Translations under genes and position numbers: made by a program
In this document: piece by piece, positions 22,430-47,117 of the stretch
How positions within the stretch are numbered: position 1 is the first letter of the stretch
Layout of the letters: each line of letters opens with the position of its first letter
Source of the DNA: the human T2T-CHM13v2.0 reference genome, Homo sapiens
Reading direction: 5' to 3' (one strand)
Assembly (NCBI RefSeq): GCF_009914755.1
Contig: NC_060932.1
DNA length: 64,000 nucleotides
Notes under the pieces: generated by a model
What the model was told of the DNA's origin: nothing
Seen by the model: only the letters and a program-made list of their open reading frames with translations
Databases searched by the model: none

Positions 22430-23570
22430 GCGGCCGGACTGATCACACTCCTTGAGACAAAGCGGGTGGGAGACCCAGAGGTGAGGAGGGTGGTCGCCTG
22501 TGGGCGAGGACTGGGAGGCCAGGGGTTCTCGGCGAGGCGGTCCCAGGAGGCGGCGCGGAGCCGCTGCGAGGCCGCAGGGCCGGGTCGCAAGATGGCCGGG
22601 CCGGCCTCCCGCGCGGGTCGCGCGGGCCACGCGGGCGGGTTTCAGATGTTCCGGGCCCGGGTAGGGGCTGGCAGGAGAGAAGGGGCCGGCTGCGGGGAGG
22701 GCTGGCTGAGAAGAAGCGAAAATGGGCGGTTAGCAGCAGGGACCCGGAGCCGGAGGAGCCGAGAGCAGCGCGTGCGCCGAGCTCTACTGCCTCGCGGGAA
22801 GGCGGAAGGGTGGGGAGGGCGGCGCTCGGGGCGGGAGGCCCGGCCGGGTCCGCTAGGACAGCGGGGCCGCTGGGAAGTTGTGAGAGCGGCGCTCGGGGGC
22901 GCGCTTGCGTGCACGAGGGCCCGGGCCGCGAGCAGCCGCGGCTGTCCCGGTCGCCACCCTTAGCAGCGGTCGAGGTCGGTGCCGAAGCGGTGTTCCCCGC
23001 CTTAGCCGCTGGCGCCTCCCAAGAGAGCGGCCGGTGGGCCCTCGTCCTGTCAGTGGCGTCGGAGGCCGGCGCTGCGGTGGCCGCGCCCTTCTGGTGCTCG
23101 GACACCGCTGAGGAGCCGGGGCCGGGCACGGCTGGCTGACGGCTCCGGGCAGCTAAGGCTGCCCGAGGAGAAGGCGGCGGCCGCGGCGTAGGCGCACGTC
23201 CGGCGGGCTCCTGGAGCCTGGAGGAGGCCGAGGGGACCATGTCCGGGAGGCGCTTCCACCTCTCCACCACCGACCGCGTCATCAAAGGTGCCTGGCGGGC
23301 CGGGCCTTCCTCTGGGACCCGCGGGAAACGGCCTTCGGCTGGGCGGCGGCTCGGGGCGGAGGGAGGCTGGGGCCGGGCTGCGCCCACCCTAGGAGGGCTC
23401 GGAGGGGTGTAGACAGAGCCGGGCGGCAGCCTCCGAGAGCAGCCACCCGGACCCGGCGTTTTCTGCTGCACCTGGTCAGGTGCCTGGCCGTCAGTGCCAA
23501 GTTCCCTCCCGAAGGGTTCAGGGTGCAGTGGGGACTTCTTCTCCCACCGCCCCGAAGGGCCCGGATCCCT
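22430..23570. promoter_or_regulatory. PPP3CC: CpG island / TATA-less promoter of PPP3CC
   Basis: Very GC- and CpG-rich block around exon 1. YY1-like CAAGATGGC (22588), NRF1 motif GCGCGTGCGC (22768-22777), ETS-like CGGAAG (22803), GC boxes. Confidence 0.9.
23239..23287 (+). CDS. PPP3CC: PPP3CC exon 1 coding part (MSGRRFHLSTTDRVIK-A), calcineurin A gamma catalytic subunit
   Basis: ATG in gaccATGt context; donor AAG|GTGCCT at 23288, phase 1. The short N-terminus without polyproline fits the gamma isoform. Confidence 0.95.
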
Positions 23571-25070
23571 GTCTTTTTTTCTCTTTAAGAAACGACTCGG
23601 GGGAAGCCATCGGGGGTGGTGTGAGCAGGGAGTCGACTCTTCCAAGTAAGATATTTAAGATTAGATCTTTCTTGACGTCCGCCCCCCACCCTTTTTTAGG
23701 ACGTATACCATGTGCCTTTTGACCCGCTTTCTCTAGATCATTGCAAGTCACTGCTATTACTGGAATAAACTTAGTATGAACAAGTCAGATAAATCCATTA
23801 TATGATGTTTAAAATAAGTTTACGGAGCTCTTGACAGGGTAATGGTATTTTATTTTCCCTTTGGTTATAAAGACTTGGAGAATGACGTTTTCTGATTCAT
23901 ATGTGTACCTGCGTTAGATTTCTGTTGTTGTTATAAGAACAAAATGTAAAGGGCTCTTTGCTCTCTAAATCTTGTAGAGTTTTAGGTTATAGTTGTTTCT
24001 CCCTTTAAACTAAGAAGATGGATTACACATAACCACTAATTTATGTGCTGCTTTTATTCAGCCGTAAGTCTTAGGCACAACCCTTCTCTCTGAGATTAAC
24101 AATCGGTTTGAAAGCGCTATTTTGTAAGAAGGGAATAGACTTAGACCAGCTGTGTTAGTGGCCTCTGGATGCAGGGGTTAGCGTGACAGTGGGGAAAATT
24201 ATTAAGATACTTTTCTTCTTTTTCATTTTGGTATTAGAAGGAGAAAGGCAACTAATACTAGTGACGGGAATACATTTTTAAAAGGTGAAACGCCTTATTG
24301 CATGTTCAGGGAGGGGGAAGAATTTTAGTGTATAACTTAGGTTTCCCCCCTCTCTCCCCAAATCAGCCTCATAAATGTTAATTATCTGTACTACATAATT
24401 ATAATGGGATTTTTGAGATTTATCTGCTTAGCATTTGTATGCTATCGTTAGAGGTTTAACTGAATTGTTCATCTAACTGACATTATCCCCTGAACAGCTA
24501 AATTATTGTGACCATTTAAATGTGTCTTCATATTATTAGTGTATAGCCTATAAGAAGTATATAGCCCTCTCTTAAGATTCAGAGTGTACTTAACATAACC
24601 TTTTTTGAGGAATCAAGGTCATTATGTACATTAATTTCTGTACTGTGCTGTTAATATGGCCGGTGCGTTCTGCTGTATAAAGTTGTTAGCAGTTTCGTCC
24701 TGTACTAAAATGACTTCGCAATGCTATACCAGTTCAGTGTTTTGTTTGCTTTTAGTTTCTCTCTCCAGTACTGTTTTCTGTCAAAATATGCCCTTAACTG
24801 CTTTCTAATCTGCTACGTCTTAGCTGAAGTAGGCAGGGAAACCAGATAAGCCAGAACTGTGGGTCAAGTCAGAATAAATAGGATCTTAGTGAAGCTTAGT
24901 GCAGCCCTCAGGAATCTCACAATCAAATCACCATTGTGCCATGTAATTTCCACCATAACATGCCATAAGATCAAAAGAAGATTAAAAATCTTAAATGACC
25001 CTTAAATATAGTAATAAATATTGTAAAATAAAATGTAATAAAATAAAAAAGTTAAAATGCAGGGGCTAGG

Positions 25071-26103
<1,033 letters not shown>

Positions 26104-28368
26104 ACTCATCTGTAAAATAGGGTTAATAATACCTTCCCTGTCAAGCCTGGGTCATGCAAGTGACATAAAGCATGTGAAAAGGTCAAGTTAAGGTAGTACT
26201 TTGAGACATGATAATAGGTTGGTAATAGATCGCTTACTACAGAAGTAGTTAGTAGAGATATCATTAACATTTGAAAATATCAGAAAGTATGTGAAATTAT
26301 AAGCTACAAAACTGTTCCTAGTCAGGTGAATACCTATTCTACAGCATAATGGATATGTGGGTGAAATCTCGTCGGTAACAATGTGAAGAGATCAGCACAG
26401 TTCTGTCTGGTACTCCCTAGGCAGCAGATTTCTTCTCTATCTGTTGAAGGTGTTTATTTTATGTTTAAACCTTCTTATGATTTTACTCATTCATTAAATG
26501 TTTATTGAGTGCCATCTGCAATGTACCCTAGTAGGTTGCTCATTCATTTCTTCTTTGCTTTAAAAGTAGCATTTCTGTGAGCCTTTAGAGCAGTTTATAT
26601 GCACTGGGGCACCATAACTGGTATCTAAGCCAGAGAACTAGGCACCCAAATGATTAAATTGTGATATTCTGTCTGCTTTATTTTTTTTTCTAGTTTCCAC
26701 GTTCCTTTTCCTGTTTAAGGACATGTTTTTTCTTTGACAGTGATTTTTATAAAAGCAGTTTATTTCCCTGGAATGAATCTTTTCAGAAGCAACAAGGAAA
26801 TTTCAGTAGGAATTACATGACAAATATAGAGAATCCATTGTCTTATTTTGTTACTTTATGGCCAGATGGGGTTTAACAGAAAAGTCAGATTTCTTTTTAG
26901 TAAGGTGCTGATACATTTCTCCCTTTCTCTTAGAATTCAAATATATTGTGTATTCACAGAGTACTGTACCATTTTTACCACACATGGCAGGCTACTGTTT
27001 CTTTAATATCGTGGCACTGGGAATATTGTGCTTATGGCTTTCTTAAAATATTTTAATATTAGTGTGGACAAAAATTGCTATTTCTACAAATATACCCTAA
27101 ACCCGATTTCAATCTCTGGTACCTATACTTCATTTCTTTCCACAACTCTCCCCCGACTCTCCCTTTTTTATATCCATAATGGATTTACCGAGGGTTTAAA
27201 ATTTTTTCTCTTAAATATAAGCTTAATCCTGCTACTTATACAATTTGAAAATCAGAAAGGGAAGAAAAGAAAGACTTCATATTCCTTCCCAGCAGAAATA
27301 ACTGCTTTTAATACCTTTGTGTGTTTCCATCTGCAGGTATATTTTGAATTCAAAGGAAAATGGATCACACATATTAAAGCTTTTGTTATGCAAATATTTC
27401 ATATTATTTTAACATAAATATTGTAATTTTACCTAAATATTTCCATAATGGTTTCAATCAGCATGGAAATGGTTTTAGAGTGCTTATATTAATATTTTGG
27501 TTCTTTATATTTTCAGTGGGGACACATTAGTCACTTGATACAATACCAACCCAGAAGAAACATTTTCAAGTATAAATTTTCAATGTGAATACGTTTTAAA
27601 GTTGATATCTCCTGGATTTGTCAACAGTATTTGTTTAATTTATGCTTCATTTACCATTGTGATTAACAAGCTGCCAAACTTTTGAAACATTCAAAATCAG
27701 TGCTAATCGAGATTCATACATCTGAGTAGAAATCTGGAACCTCTGAAAGGGCATCTTAATTTAAACACTTAATTTTTTTCTTTTTGAGCAAGGATAAAGT
27801 ATTCTTTCTTACCTATACGTTATTGGTTGTGATCAAAGCTTTATTTATGGTCTGACATTTGATAATTAAGCTTTCTCTCTTTTATTGCATTTTAAAATAG
27901 GATTAAAAATTTTTTTTGCCTTACGTAATTTTTAGTGTACCATAACTTTTACTGGAGTGTATATGGGAAAATGTACAAATTATAAATGTACAGCTTAGTG
28001 AGTTTTTACAAATTTAGCACCCACATACCCATGTAACCACTCAACCAAAATAAATAGATTACCAGAATCCCAGAAACAAGCATGAGTTCACGTTCAGTCC
28101 ACTGGTTTCCATCCCTAAATGGGCAACAGTGGGGAAAATATGACACTTGTAACCATTATTCTGGCGTCTAACGTCATATTTGTAAAGTAACATACTAATC
28201 ACATCTTACTGTAAAGTGAAAAAAACAAGGGACTCTGAGAGAAAAATGCTAAGGACTCATTACTTAAAGTGAAATAATTAATTAAAGACCTTTTCCTAAG
28301 CAGTATTTGATACTAGGAATTGAATGTCTTTCTATTAAGGTAACATTTTTGGAAAAAGCTAATTTTTA

Positions 28369-29445
<1,077 letters not shown>

Positions 29446-29939
29446 TTTATAGTCTTAATGTTAAAATTTAGCAGCATTTTACATTTCAAAACTGAGGCCT
29501 AAAACTTTCAACCTAACCTAAGTGGTATCTTTCTTAGTTACCCTTATATTCTATCTGGTTATCCAGATGAATGTAGAGAGAACTTTTAGTTCCCCATATT
29601 CAATTTTGTTTTGTTGGCACTTTAGATTATCCTGAAGTCTTTTAGTTTCTTGAGTCTTCGTTTGTTGTTTGAAGAGGGTTTAACTTGGTAACCAGGATCT
29701 TTAAATTGGGCACAGAAAGATATACTGGATGGCTGGACAAGATAATGTATTTCTTTGATGATCATTACTAGATTTACTAATTGCTAACAGTTCATGAAGG
29801 TTTTTTTGCAGTGTCTAGACAATGTCAGCCCAAGAGACTGAAATTCTAAATGAACAAACACTGAGAAATATTTGAAGAATTCATTCAGTAATTACCTATG
29901 TAACATTCTTGCTAAAGGTGTTTAATTTAAGCTGAGCTT

Positions 29940-31298
<1,359 letters not shown>

Positions 31299-31689
31299 GG
31301 AAATGCCTCAAAACAGCTACAGCTAGGTTTAGGAAAGGCTGTCATCATATTTGAGGATTCCATAGTGTCTTAATGGGGGAAAGCTGAAAAGAAGAAAATG
31401 AGCCTTAAAGAATATTATAGCTGATGTGAAGTGGAGGCAGCTTGTTTAGCAGAAAAAGTAGTGGTTTCAGCTGCATGATGGGGGTTAGAAAAACATACAG
31501 AAGTCAGTATGGAGAAAGAAAAGGTACTTAACTAAGAAGTAGAGAGAAGATGGGCAAACTAGAAGGGCCAGAGAACTGAAATACATAAAATGAAGAAAAA
31601 GAAGAGGGATAGTTGAAAACTGGTGGAGCAGTTGACAATAATTTCATTAATGGGACAGCAAGACTATTTTGATGACTGTTATTTTTTTC

Positions 31690-33775
<2,086 letters not shown>

Positions 33776-33841
33776 AGTCATACTTGTCGTCCTAGAATGT
33801 TTTATATCTGTGAATGGGCTCTTTGCTTCTGTGCATAATGG

Positions 33842-34485
33842 TTTTTTTTTTTTTTTTTTAACATTTTTAGAGATAAGGCCTCACTCTGTTGTCTAGGCTG
33901 GAGTGCAGTAATGCGATCAATGCTCACTGTGGCCTCAAACAAACTCCTGGCCTCAATTGATCGTCCTGCCTCATCCCTCTGAGTAGCTGGGACTACAGGC
34001 GTGTGCTGCCATGTCTGGCTAAATGTTTTATTTTTATTACTTTTTTGTAGTGACAGGGTCTTGCTATGTTGCCCAGCCTGGTCTCAAACTCCTGGCCTCA
34101 AGTGTTCCTCCCACCTCCCAGAGAGCTGGGATTACAGGCATGAGCCACTGTGCCTGGCCCTGCGTAGAATCTTGTCCCTCAGCTTGACCAGCTCCTGTTT
34201 GTTTTTCAAGATTTAGCCAAGGGGACTTCTGAGAAGCTTTTTCTTCTCTGCTAAGAAGCTGTGGAGAGTAATGGTTTGAGAACATGGGCTTCAGTCAGAC
34301 ATACCTGGATTCAAATTTCTGTTTGTTTTTTTTTTCAAGGAGATGGAGTCTTGCTCTGTTAGCCAGCTGAAGAAGTGCAGTGGCACCATCATAGCTCACT
34401 GCAGCCTCAAACTCCTGGGCTCAAGTGATTCTCTTGCCTCATTCTCATGCCTGGCACTACAAGCATGTGCTACTATGCCCAGCTC
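33842..34485 (-). mobile_element. AluJ and Alu fragment
   Basis: Alu consensus. Confidence 0.8.
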
Positions 34486-34869
34486 AAATTCTTTTAGTGA
34501 TGCATGACCTTAGATAAATCACTTACACTTGTTTTACCTGCATTTCTTTATGTGTAGAAGAGGGATAATGAAACTTGCAGTGGCAAGCACATAGTGAGTA
34601 CTCCATATATGTTATGGTAGGTGCTGCTGCCGCCATCGCTATCATCATCATCATAAGAATTACTGTCTCCTATGAGCTCCCATAAACAATCTCATTGCTT
34701 TGCAAATCGCTTTAAATATTTTCTTGTCCTTTCTTCACAATAAACTCCTCTCTTTAAGGGCAACCACTGTATCCTTAATGCTGAATGCAGTGCTTAACAC
34801 ACGCTTAGGTGCTTAGTAAATATTTAAGTATGTGCAAGCATAAGAAGCTTATTTTATGGATGACAGTGT

Positions 34870-35057
34870 AAGAAAGAGTACAGACTCTGCTGATTACCAG
34901 CCGTGTGGCCTTTGAGCTTTGTTATTTATTTTCCTTGCCACAGGTGTAAAATGGGAGATAGTGCCTACCTCAGAATTTAAAGATTACATCTCATATTGTA
35001 TGTAAAGTGCTTAGCATAATGCCCATAGTGGGTGGTTAATAAATGTTAGCTATTATT
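34870..35057 (+). mobile_element. MIR
   Basis: tgtaaaatgggagatagtgcctacctca...aataaatgttagctattatt. Confidence 0.75.
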
Positions 35058-35158
35058 TAAAAAATAAATCAATCTTGGATCTTGGCGAGATTTGACAGTA
35101 GATCTATTTTACTTTAAGTGACATGTGAAATGAAGATTTAAGAGTACTGTATTTTATA

Positions 35159-36572
35159 TAGTCACGCTTACATAGTTGCTTAATAATTCGGAGTTCTGAC
35201 AAATGCATCCTTAGGCGATTTCATCATTATGCAAACATTGTACAGTGTACAGTTATCCCTTGGTATATGTGAGAGCTTAGTTCCAGGACCCCCACATATA
35301 CCAAAATCCCTGAATATTCAAGTCCAGAAGTTGGCCCTGTGGAACCTGAGAATTCAAAAAGTTGGCCCTCTGTATTTGCAGGATGGGGTTTTGCAGCCTG
35401 TGTTTGGTTGAAAACATTTGCATATAAGTGAACCAGTGCAGTTCAAACCCATGTTGTTTGAGTTAACCATACTTATACAAACCTAGATGTTATATATATC
35501 TACAAACGTAGATGTTACACACCTAGGCTGTATGGTATATAGCCTATTGCTCCTAATCTACAAACCTGTGCAGCATGTTACTCTATTTAATACTGTAGGC
35601 AACTGTAACACAACAGTAAGTCTTTGGGTATCTAAACATATCTAAACCTAGAAAAGGTACAGTAAAAGTACAGTATTAAAGATAAAAAATGGTCCACCTG
35701 TGGAGGGCACTTAACATGAATAGGGCTTGCAGGACTGGAAATTGCTCTGGGTGAGTCAGGGAGTATGTGGTGAGTGAATGTGAAGGCCTAGGGCATTACT
35801 GTAGAACACCGCAGGCTTTACAAACACTGCACACTTAGGCTATGCTAAATTTATAAAATATTTTTCTTCAATAGTAAATTAGCCTTAGCTTACTGTAACT
35901 TTTACTTTATAAACTTAAAAATTTTTAAACTTTTTAACTCTTGTACTCATACTTAGCTTAAAACACAAACACATATAGCTGTACATATTTTCTTTCATAT
36001 CCTTATTCTTATAAGCTTTTACGATTTCAAACATTTCTTATTTTTAAAACTTTTTTGTTAAAAATGAACACACACCACATACATTAGCTGAGGCCTCCAG
36101 AGAGTCAGGATGATCAATGTCACTGTCTTCTACCTCCACCTCCTGTCCCACTGGAAGGTCTTCAGGGGAATTAACAGGCATGGAGCAGTCACCTCCTATG
36201 ACAACAATGCCTTCTCATGGAATACCTCCTGAAGGACCTGTCTGGGGCTGTTTTACAGTTACCTTTTTTTTGTTGTTTTTGTTTTTTGAATAAGTAGAAG
36301 GAGTATACTCTAAAGTAATGATTAAAAGGGTGGTATAGTGAATGTATAAGCCAGTAACATATTTGTTATCGTTATATGACTGGCAGTGCAGTAGGTTTGT
36401 TTACACCGGCAGTACCACAAATGTGAGTAGTAGTGCCTTATGCCGTGATGTTAAGACAGGTGAAAACATCACTAGGTGATAGAAACTTTTCAGCTCCATT
36501 ATAATCTTACAGGATCTCTGTCATATATATATAGTCTTGTAGACTGAAATATTGCTATGTGGCACATGACTG
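35159..36572 (-). mobile_element. Tigger3/Golem (MER7-type) internally deleted element
   Basis: Both TIR-like ends (tagtcacg... and ...ggcacatgactg); Tigger3 subterminal sequence. Confidence 0.82.
35250..35469. mobile_element. MER8 (Tigger2-derived MITE) nested in Tigger3 with TA duplication
   Basis: TA|cagttatccc...gcagttcaaacccatgttgtt...|TA; the host consensus GTGTA/CTTA resumes on each side. Confidence 0.75.
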
Positions 36573-36609
36573 TTTTCTAACTTTAGTCTTAGATATTGAA
36601 AGGATTTAA

Positions 36610-36988
<379 letters not shown>

Positions 36989-37503
36989 TCATAAATATTT
37001 GATGAGTTCCTATTACATGGAGCACATTTCTGGTTATGCTTAGAAGGGTTAAATACTACTTGAAAAGTACTCATGCGGTGTAGCATATAATAGCCTCTCA
37101 AAAATGTCACAGAAATTTAGAACTATATAGTGACCTATGACTAATCCCACTGCAAAAGGAGCAGGTGACTAAATTGTAGACAATACCTGGTGTGAAATGT
37201 TTGTTCCCTTGATCTATAAATTGATAATCCTTTAATGTTTAATCTGACTGTGACTAGTGGCCTGAAGAGGTAAGACTTTTGTGTTTTTTTATGTGTGTGC
37301 CTACGTATGTTTTTTTCTTGTGACCTAAGGCTTTGTGGAAGTTTAAAATAGAGTGATTTTAATGAATGGCTGGAGTAATAAAGATAGTTGGTGGGCTTCT
37401 CCATGGAAGCAAGTTGGTTATTTTTAACTACTTTGCACTGCTTTATGGAAAACATATGCCACTATAGAAGTTATTGTTTCTGTTGACTGTGACTGGTGGT
37501 GGT

Positions 37504-37704
37504 TATTACTTAGTTGGTTCTAGGAGGGCCAGTTTTTAGCTAATACTTTGAAAGTGAGTTCTGTGACTATTATTACTTAGTTGGTTCTAGGAGGGCCAGT
37601 TTTTAGCTAATACTTTGAAAGTGAGTTCTGTGACTATTATTACTTAGTTGGTTCTAGGAGGGCCAGTTTTTAGCTAATACTTTGAAAGTGAGTTCTGTGA
37701 CTAT
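37504..37704. repeat. Perfect tandem triplication, 3 x 67 bp
   Basis: Identical units at 37504-37570, 37571-37637 and 37638-37704. Confidence 0.97.
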
Positions 37705-38224
37705 CAAAGACCAGAGGAATAATCTCAAAGAAGCTGATCAGATCATGGAACTAAAGTCACTTGTTCTGGTGAGGAACAGTTGAAAGGGCACATAATACTT
37801 TTGGTAATAATATTTAATGTAACTTATTTAGCAGTGCGTGTTCATGATTGGCAAGGCAGGTGAGTAGATTAGGAAATGAGTCTGAAAAAGTAGGGCAGGA
37901 CTGCTGGCTTAAAATAGGAGTGAAAGCAGTGAACAGACATAGCTATTTAGGCAAATCCTAGTGTCCCATGAGGATAAGACTACCACAATAATCTAAAAAT
38001 AATAGCTTATAGGCCAATAACCTTTAAGGTTTATGTTTCATACTCACCGCAGGTCAACCCATGTGGCTGTTTCTCATTTATGCAGATCTACATCAGATTT
38101 TACTTGTGTTTACCTGAAAATACATATTGTTTATGTAGTCAATGTATATTGTAGTAGCATACAGAATCTGATCTTGAAAAGGTTGCAGAATTTCTTGAGT
38201 GTACTTTAGGAACTTAGTTTTTCA

Positions 38225-38590
38225 AAATTTATTTAATTTTTATTTTGATAATTATAGATTCACAGGAGGTTGTAAATAAAGAAATGTAAAGGGAAGTCCC
38301 AAACACCTCTCCCCTAACTCCCTTCCCTCTCTTTGCCAGTGTCAGTATCCCACACCACCACACACAGTAGTATACCAAAACCAGGAAATTGACATTGGTA
38401 CAGTCCATAGAGCTTGTTCAGATTTCACCAGTTATACATGCATTCCTGTCTGTGTATGTGTGTTTAGCTTTACACAATTTCACATATAGGTAGCATAACT
38501 ACCAGCACAATAAGGGTACTCAACAGTACCGTAACCACAAGATTTAGTTACTTCCCCTGTATAGCTACACCAGTCCCCCTTCTCCACGGG
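38225..38590 (-). mobile_element. L1M 3' end fragment
   Basis: ataattatagattcacaggag...aaaaccaggaaattgacattggtaca. Confidence 0.7.
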
Positions 38591-38802
38591 AAACTCAGTT
38601 TTATAGTTTGGCTATTGTTTTTAATCATGTGCAAACCTGGTTTGATTAAGGTTTTTGCTTCTGATTTGGAAGCATTGTTAAATAATTTTTAATGAAATAC
38701 AGGTAATCTGAAAGCAGCTGACACATGGTAAAAAGCTAGATTTGGGAACACTGAAAGACTTCTTGGATGCATAGGCTTAGAATGATTCTCAGCTGTGATT
38801 TA

Positions 38803-38939
38803 TTTCCTCCCTCCCTCCCTCCCTCCCTCCCTCCCTCCCTTCCTCCCTTCCTCCCTCCCTTCCTTCCCCTCCCTCCCTCCCTCCCTCCTTCCCTCCCTCC
38901 TTCCTTCCCTCCTTCCCCCTCCATCCCTTCCCCTCTCTC
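38803..38939. repeat. (CCCT/CCTT)n polypyrimidine tract
   Basis: Direct reading. Confidence 0.95.
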
Positions 38940-39139
38940 AATATTCTGTAATATTGAAATATTTCGTTAAAAATATACAGCATATTACATATATATCTGA
39001 AATTTTCTCCTTTCTTCCTTTTAGTATACCCTCTATTTATTTTGGTACCAAGAATAGAGTGCTGCTGTAACAAACACCTAAAAGTGTGGAAGTGGCTTTG
39101 GAACTTCTGAAAGACCCAGCCCAAGTCCCATCTTCATTT

Positions 39140-41050
<1,911 letters not shown>

Positions 41051-41269
41051 CCACTTTAGTGATTTGTTATTTTTTAAATCTCTATTCTCTTTTTAATACA
41101 GAGCTGCAAATTTCTTACTTTTCTTTAGTGCAATCCATGTGTGAAATATGTGTTATAATTTGTAACTAACAATATTTGAAGTCCTGAAGTTTTTGAATGA
41201 TTTTGTATGTAAGATTAGAGTAGATTCATGGTTCCCACTAATAACCACTTCATTATTATCACTTTGTTA

Positions 41270-41296
41270 TGTGTGTGTGTGTGTGTGTGTGTGTGT
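41270..41296. repeat. (TG)n microsatellite
   Basis: Direct reading. Confidence 0.9.
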
Positions 41297-41514
41297 TTAA
41301 AGAGATAAACTTATAGGTGGTTTATCTAGAATTGTGTAAAATACTTTCATTTTCATGAGAGAGTATCTTGCATGTGAGTATTATTTGTCACATGTTATGC
41401 CTACATTGTTGGTTGGACTTAAACTTTAGTGACCTCTCAGAGATTATTTTCATTCTAGTTCATGTCATATTACTTTGATATATGTATTAAGAAGAAGTAC
41501 AAGAGATTATTTAA

Positions 41515-41800
41515 TGCTATTGTCTGAATGTTTGTGACCCCCCAGAATTTGTATGTTGAAATCCTAATCCCCAATGTAATGGTATTAGGAGGTATGGTCT
41601 TGGGGAGGTGAAGTTTTTATAAATTTCTAAAAGAAAGTATAGGAAAAATCTTTGTGACTTTGGGGTAGACTATTTTCTTAGATAGGTCATAGAAGGCATG
41701 AACCATAAACGCTGACAATTGGACTTTTGAAAAATTGTTCTTCTAAAGATGTTTAAGAAAATGAAGAGGCAAGCCACAGAATGGGAGAAAATATCTATAC
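41515..41800 (+). mobile_element. MaLR LTR fragment (MST/MLT1A-like) followed by an L1M fragment
   Basis: tgctattgtctgaatgtttgtg...tatgttgaaatcctaatccccaatgt; ggcaagccacagaatgggagaaaatat. Confidence 0.65.
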
Positions 41801-42189
41801 TGCATTAGTGGAGTTTACTACTAAATTAAGAAAACATTAGAAGATTGTCTATATAGTATAACTGATTATAAAATAATGTATTTACATATTTAAAATATTA
41901 AGATATATACTGACATCTTAACAGTAGTTGTCTTTGGCTGGTGAGATTCTAAGAGTTTTGTTTTTGTGGTGGTTATTGTTTTTTGTTTTGTGCTCTTTTA
42001 AAAAATTGTTTTGCCTCAAGTGTATAGTATCTTTGATTTATAAAAATCTTTAAATAAAGATAGGATAGTTTGAAAGATTAGCAGAATGTTTACAATCAAT
42101 ACTTGATACTACATGGATAATACTTTCCTATTCTATTTTTGTAAATTCTGTGCTTGAAAATTTCAAAGAATTTTTTGTGTGTGAGTGTG

Positions 42190-44612
<2,423 letters not shown>

Positions 44613-45555
44613 TGTTCTTTTTCTTAGATGATAATTTGTTGAATCAGCTGGTGTGACAGTGGCTGCACAGCAGCATTTAAGACTCTAAAGATCACACACT
44701 TGGCATCTGCAACACACTGAAACTCAGACAGTTATTATTAAAGTTTAAAATAATGTCCCATATATCCCATAATCTATTTGGATTTTCCTTTGGGCAACCA
44801 AATATATTTTTTTTCCTTTAATTTGGATATGGGTCATTCACCTTTGCAACTGTCCCATATTTGGTTTATATTTTGCCAAGGATAAGCATCTTGATAGTGC
44901 TAACAGTAAGGAAAAGTTATCTGTTAGCAGCCTAAAATCTTACAACAGTGGAGAGAGAAGAAAATGCCAAGAGAATAAAGGACAAAATCATGCAAGTCTG
45001 TAGTCATCAGTGGCTTCTGGCATCTGGGAGGTTGTGTTCTGATTATCTTGGACATAAATAGTCTATTCATTTTATCTTCTGCTTCTGGACCATAACAGTT
45101 CTGGAAATCTTGACTCACCCACTGTTTGTCCATGGCAATGATGTCGGCAGTATGCATCATTAATTTATTCTCTGTAGTGTCAGTAATGGGTGCATGATAC
45201 AAACATTTACAAAAGTTCTTTTGATAAGTCTTCCACAAGGCTCAATTCCTATCTTTAGCTTATAGCCAGGAACTTTAGATGAATGTAAGGAAGAAGCGGA
45301 AACCACCTGTGGATCATGGGACTATAGGCTTTAGTTGATTTATTATATTAACCAGCATTATCAGAATGGAAGGGAGTGGAATCTTCTACTGCAGAAAGTA
45401 CATAATGAATTTTATGAGTAGTCACTGATTATCCTAGAAGTAAGAATATCTCACAAACAGGGAGGACATTGACAGTCTCTAGGACTTTCTTTCATTTATC
45501 CTATAAAGTGTATTATGAGTTTCACCATTCCAAGTTTACTGAAACCTAGAAATAA

Positions 45556-47080
<1,525 letters not shown>

Positions 47081-47117
47081 TTAGACTCTACTTCTTGATA
47101 GGATAGGGTCAGGTCAC

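Noticed and set aside
22443-23645. 400-aa minus-strand ORF (and 165-aa + ORF at 22466) over the promoter
   Set aside because: Pro/Ala/Arg/Gly-rich with no domain, as expected from stop-codon scarcity in a CpG island; it is antisense to real PPP3CC exon 1
27028-27417. 129-aa AT-rich ORF in PPP3CC intron 1
   Set aside because: Non-ATG start, no recognisable homology or splice support
37504-37704. CRISPR-like array
   Set aside because: Units abut with no unique spacers; eukaryotic intron, no cas genes
38736-39124. EGGR/PPSL-repeat ORFs
   Set aside because: Translation of the (CCCT)n simple repeat
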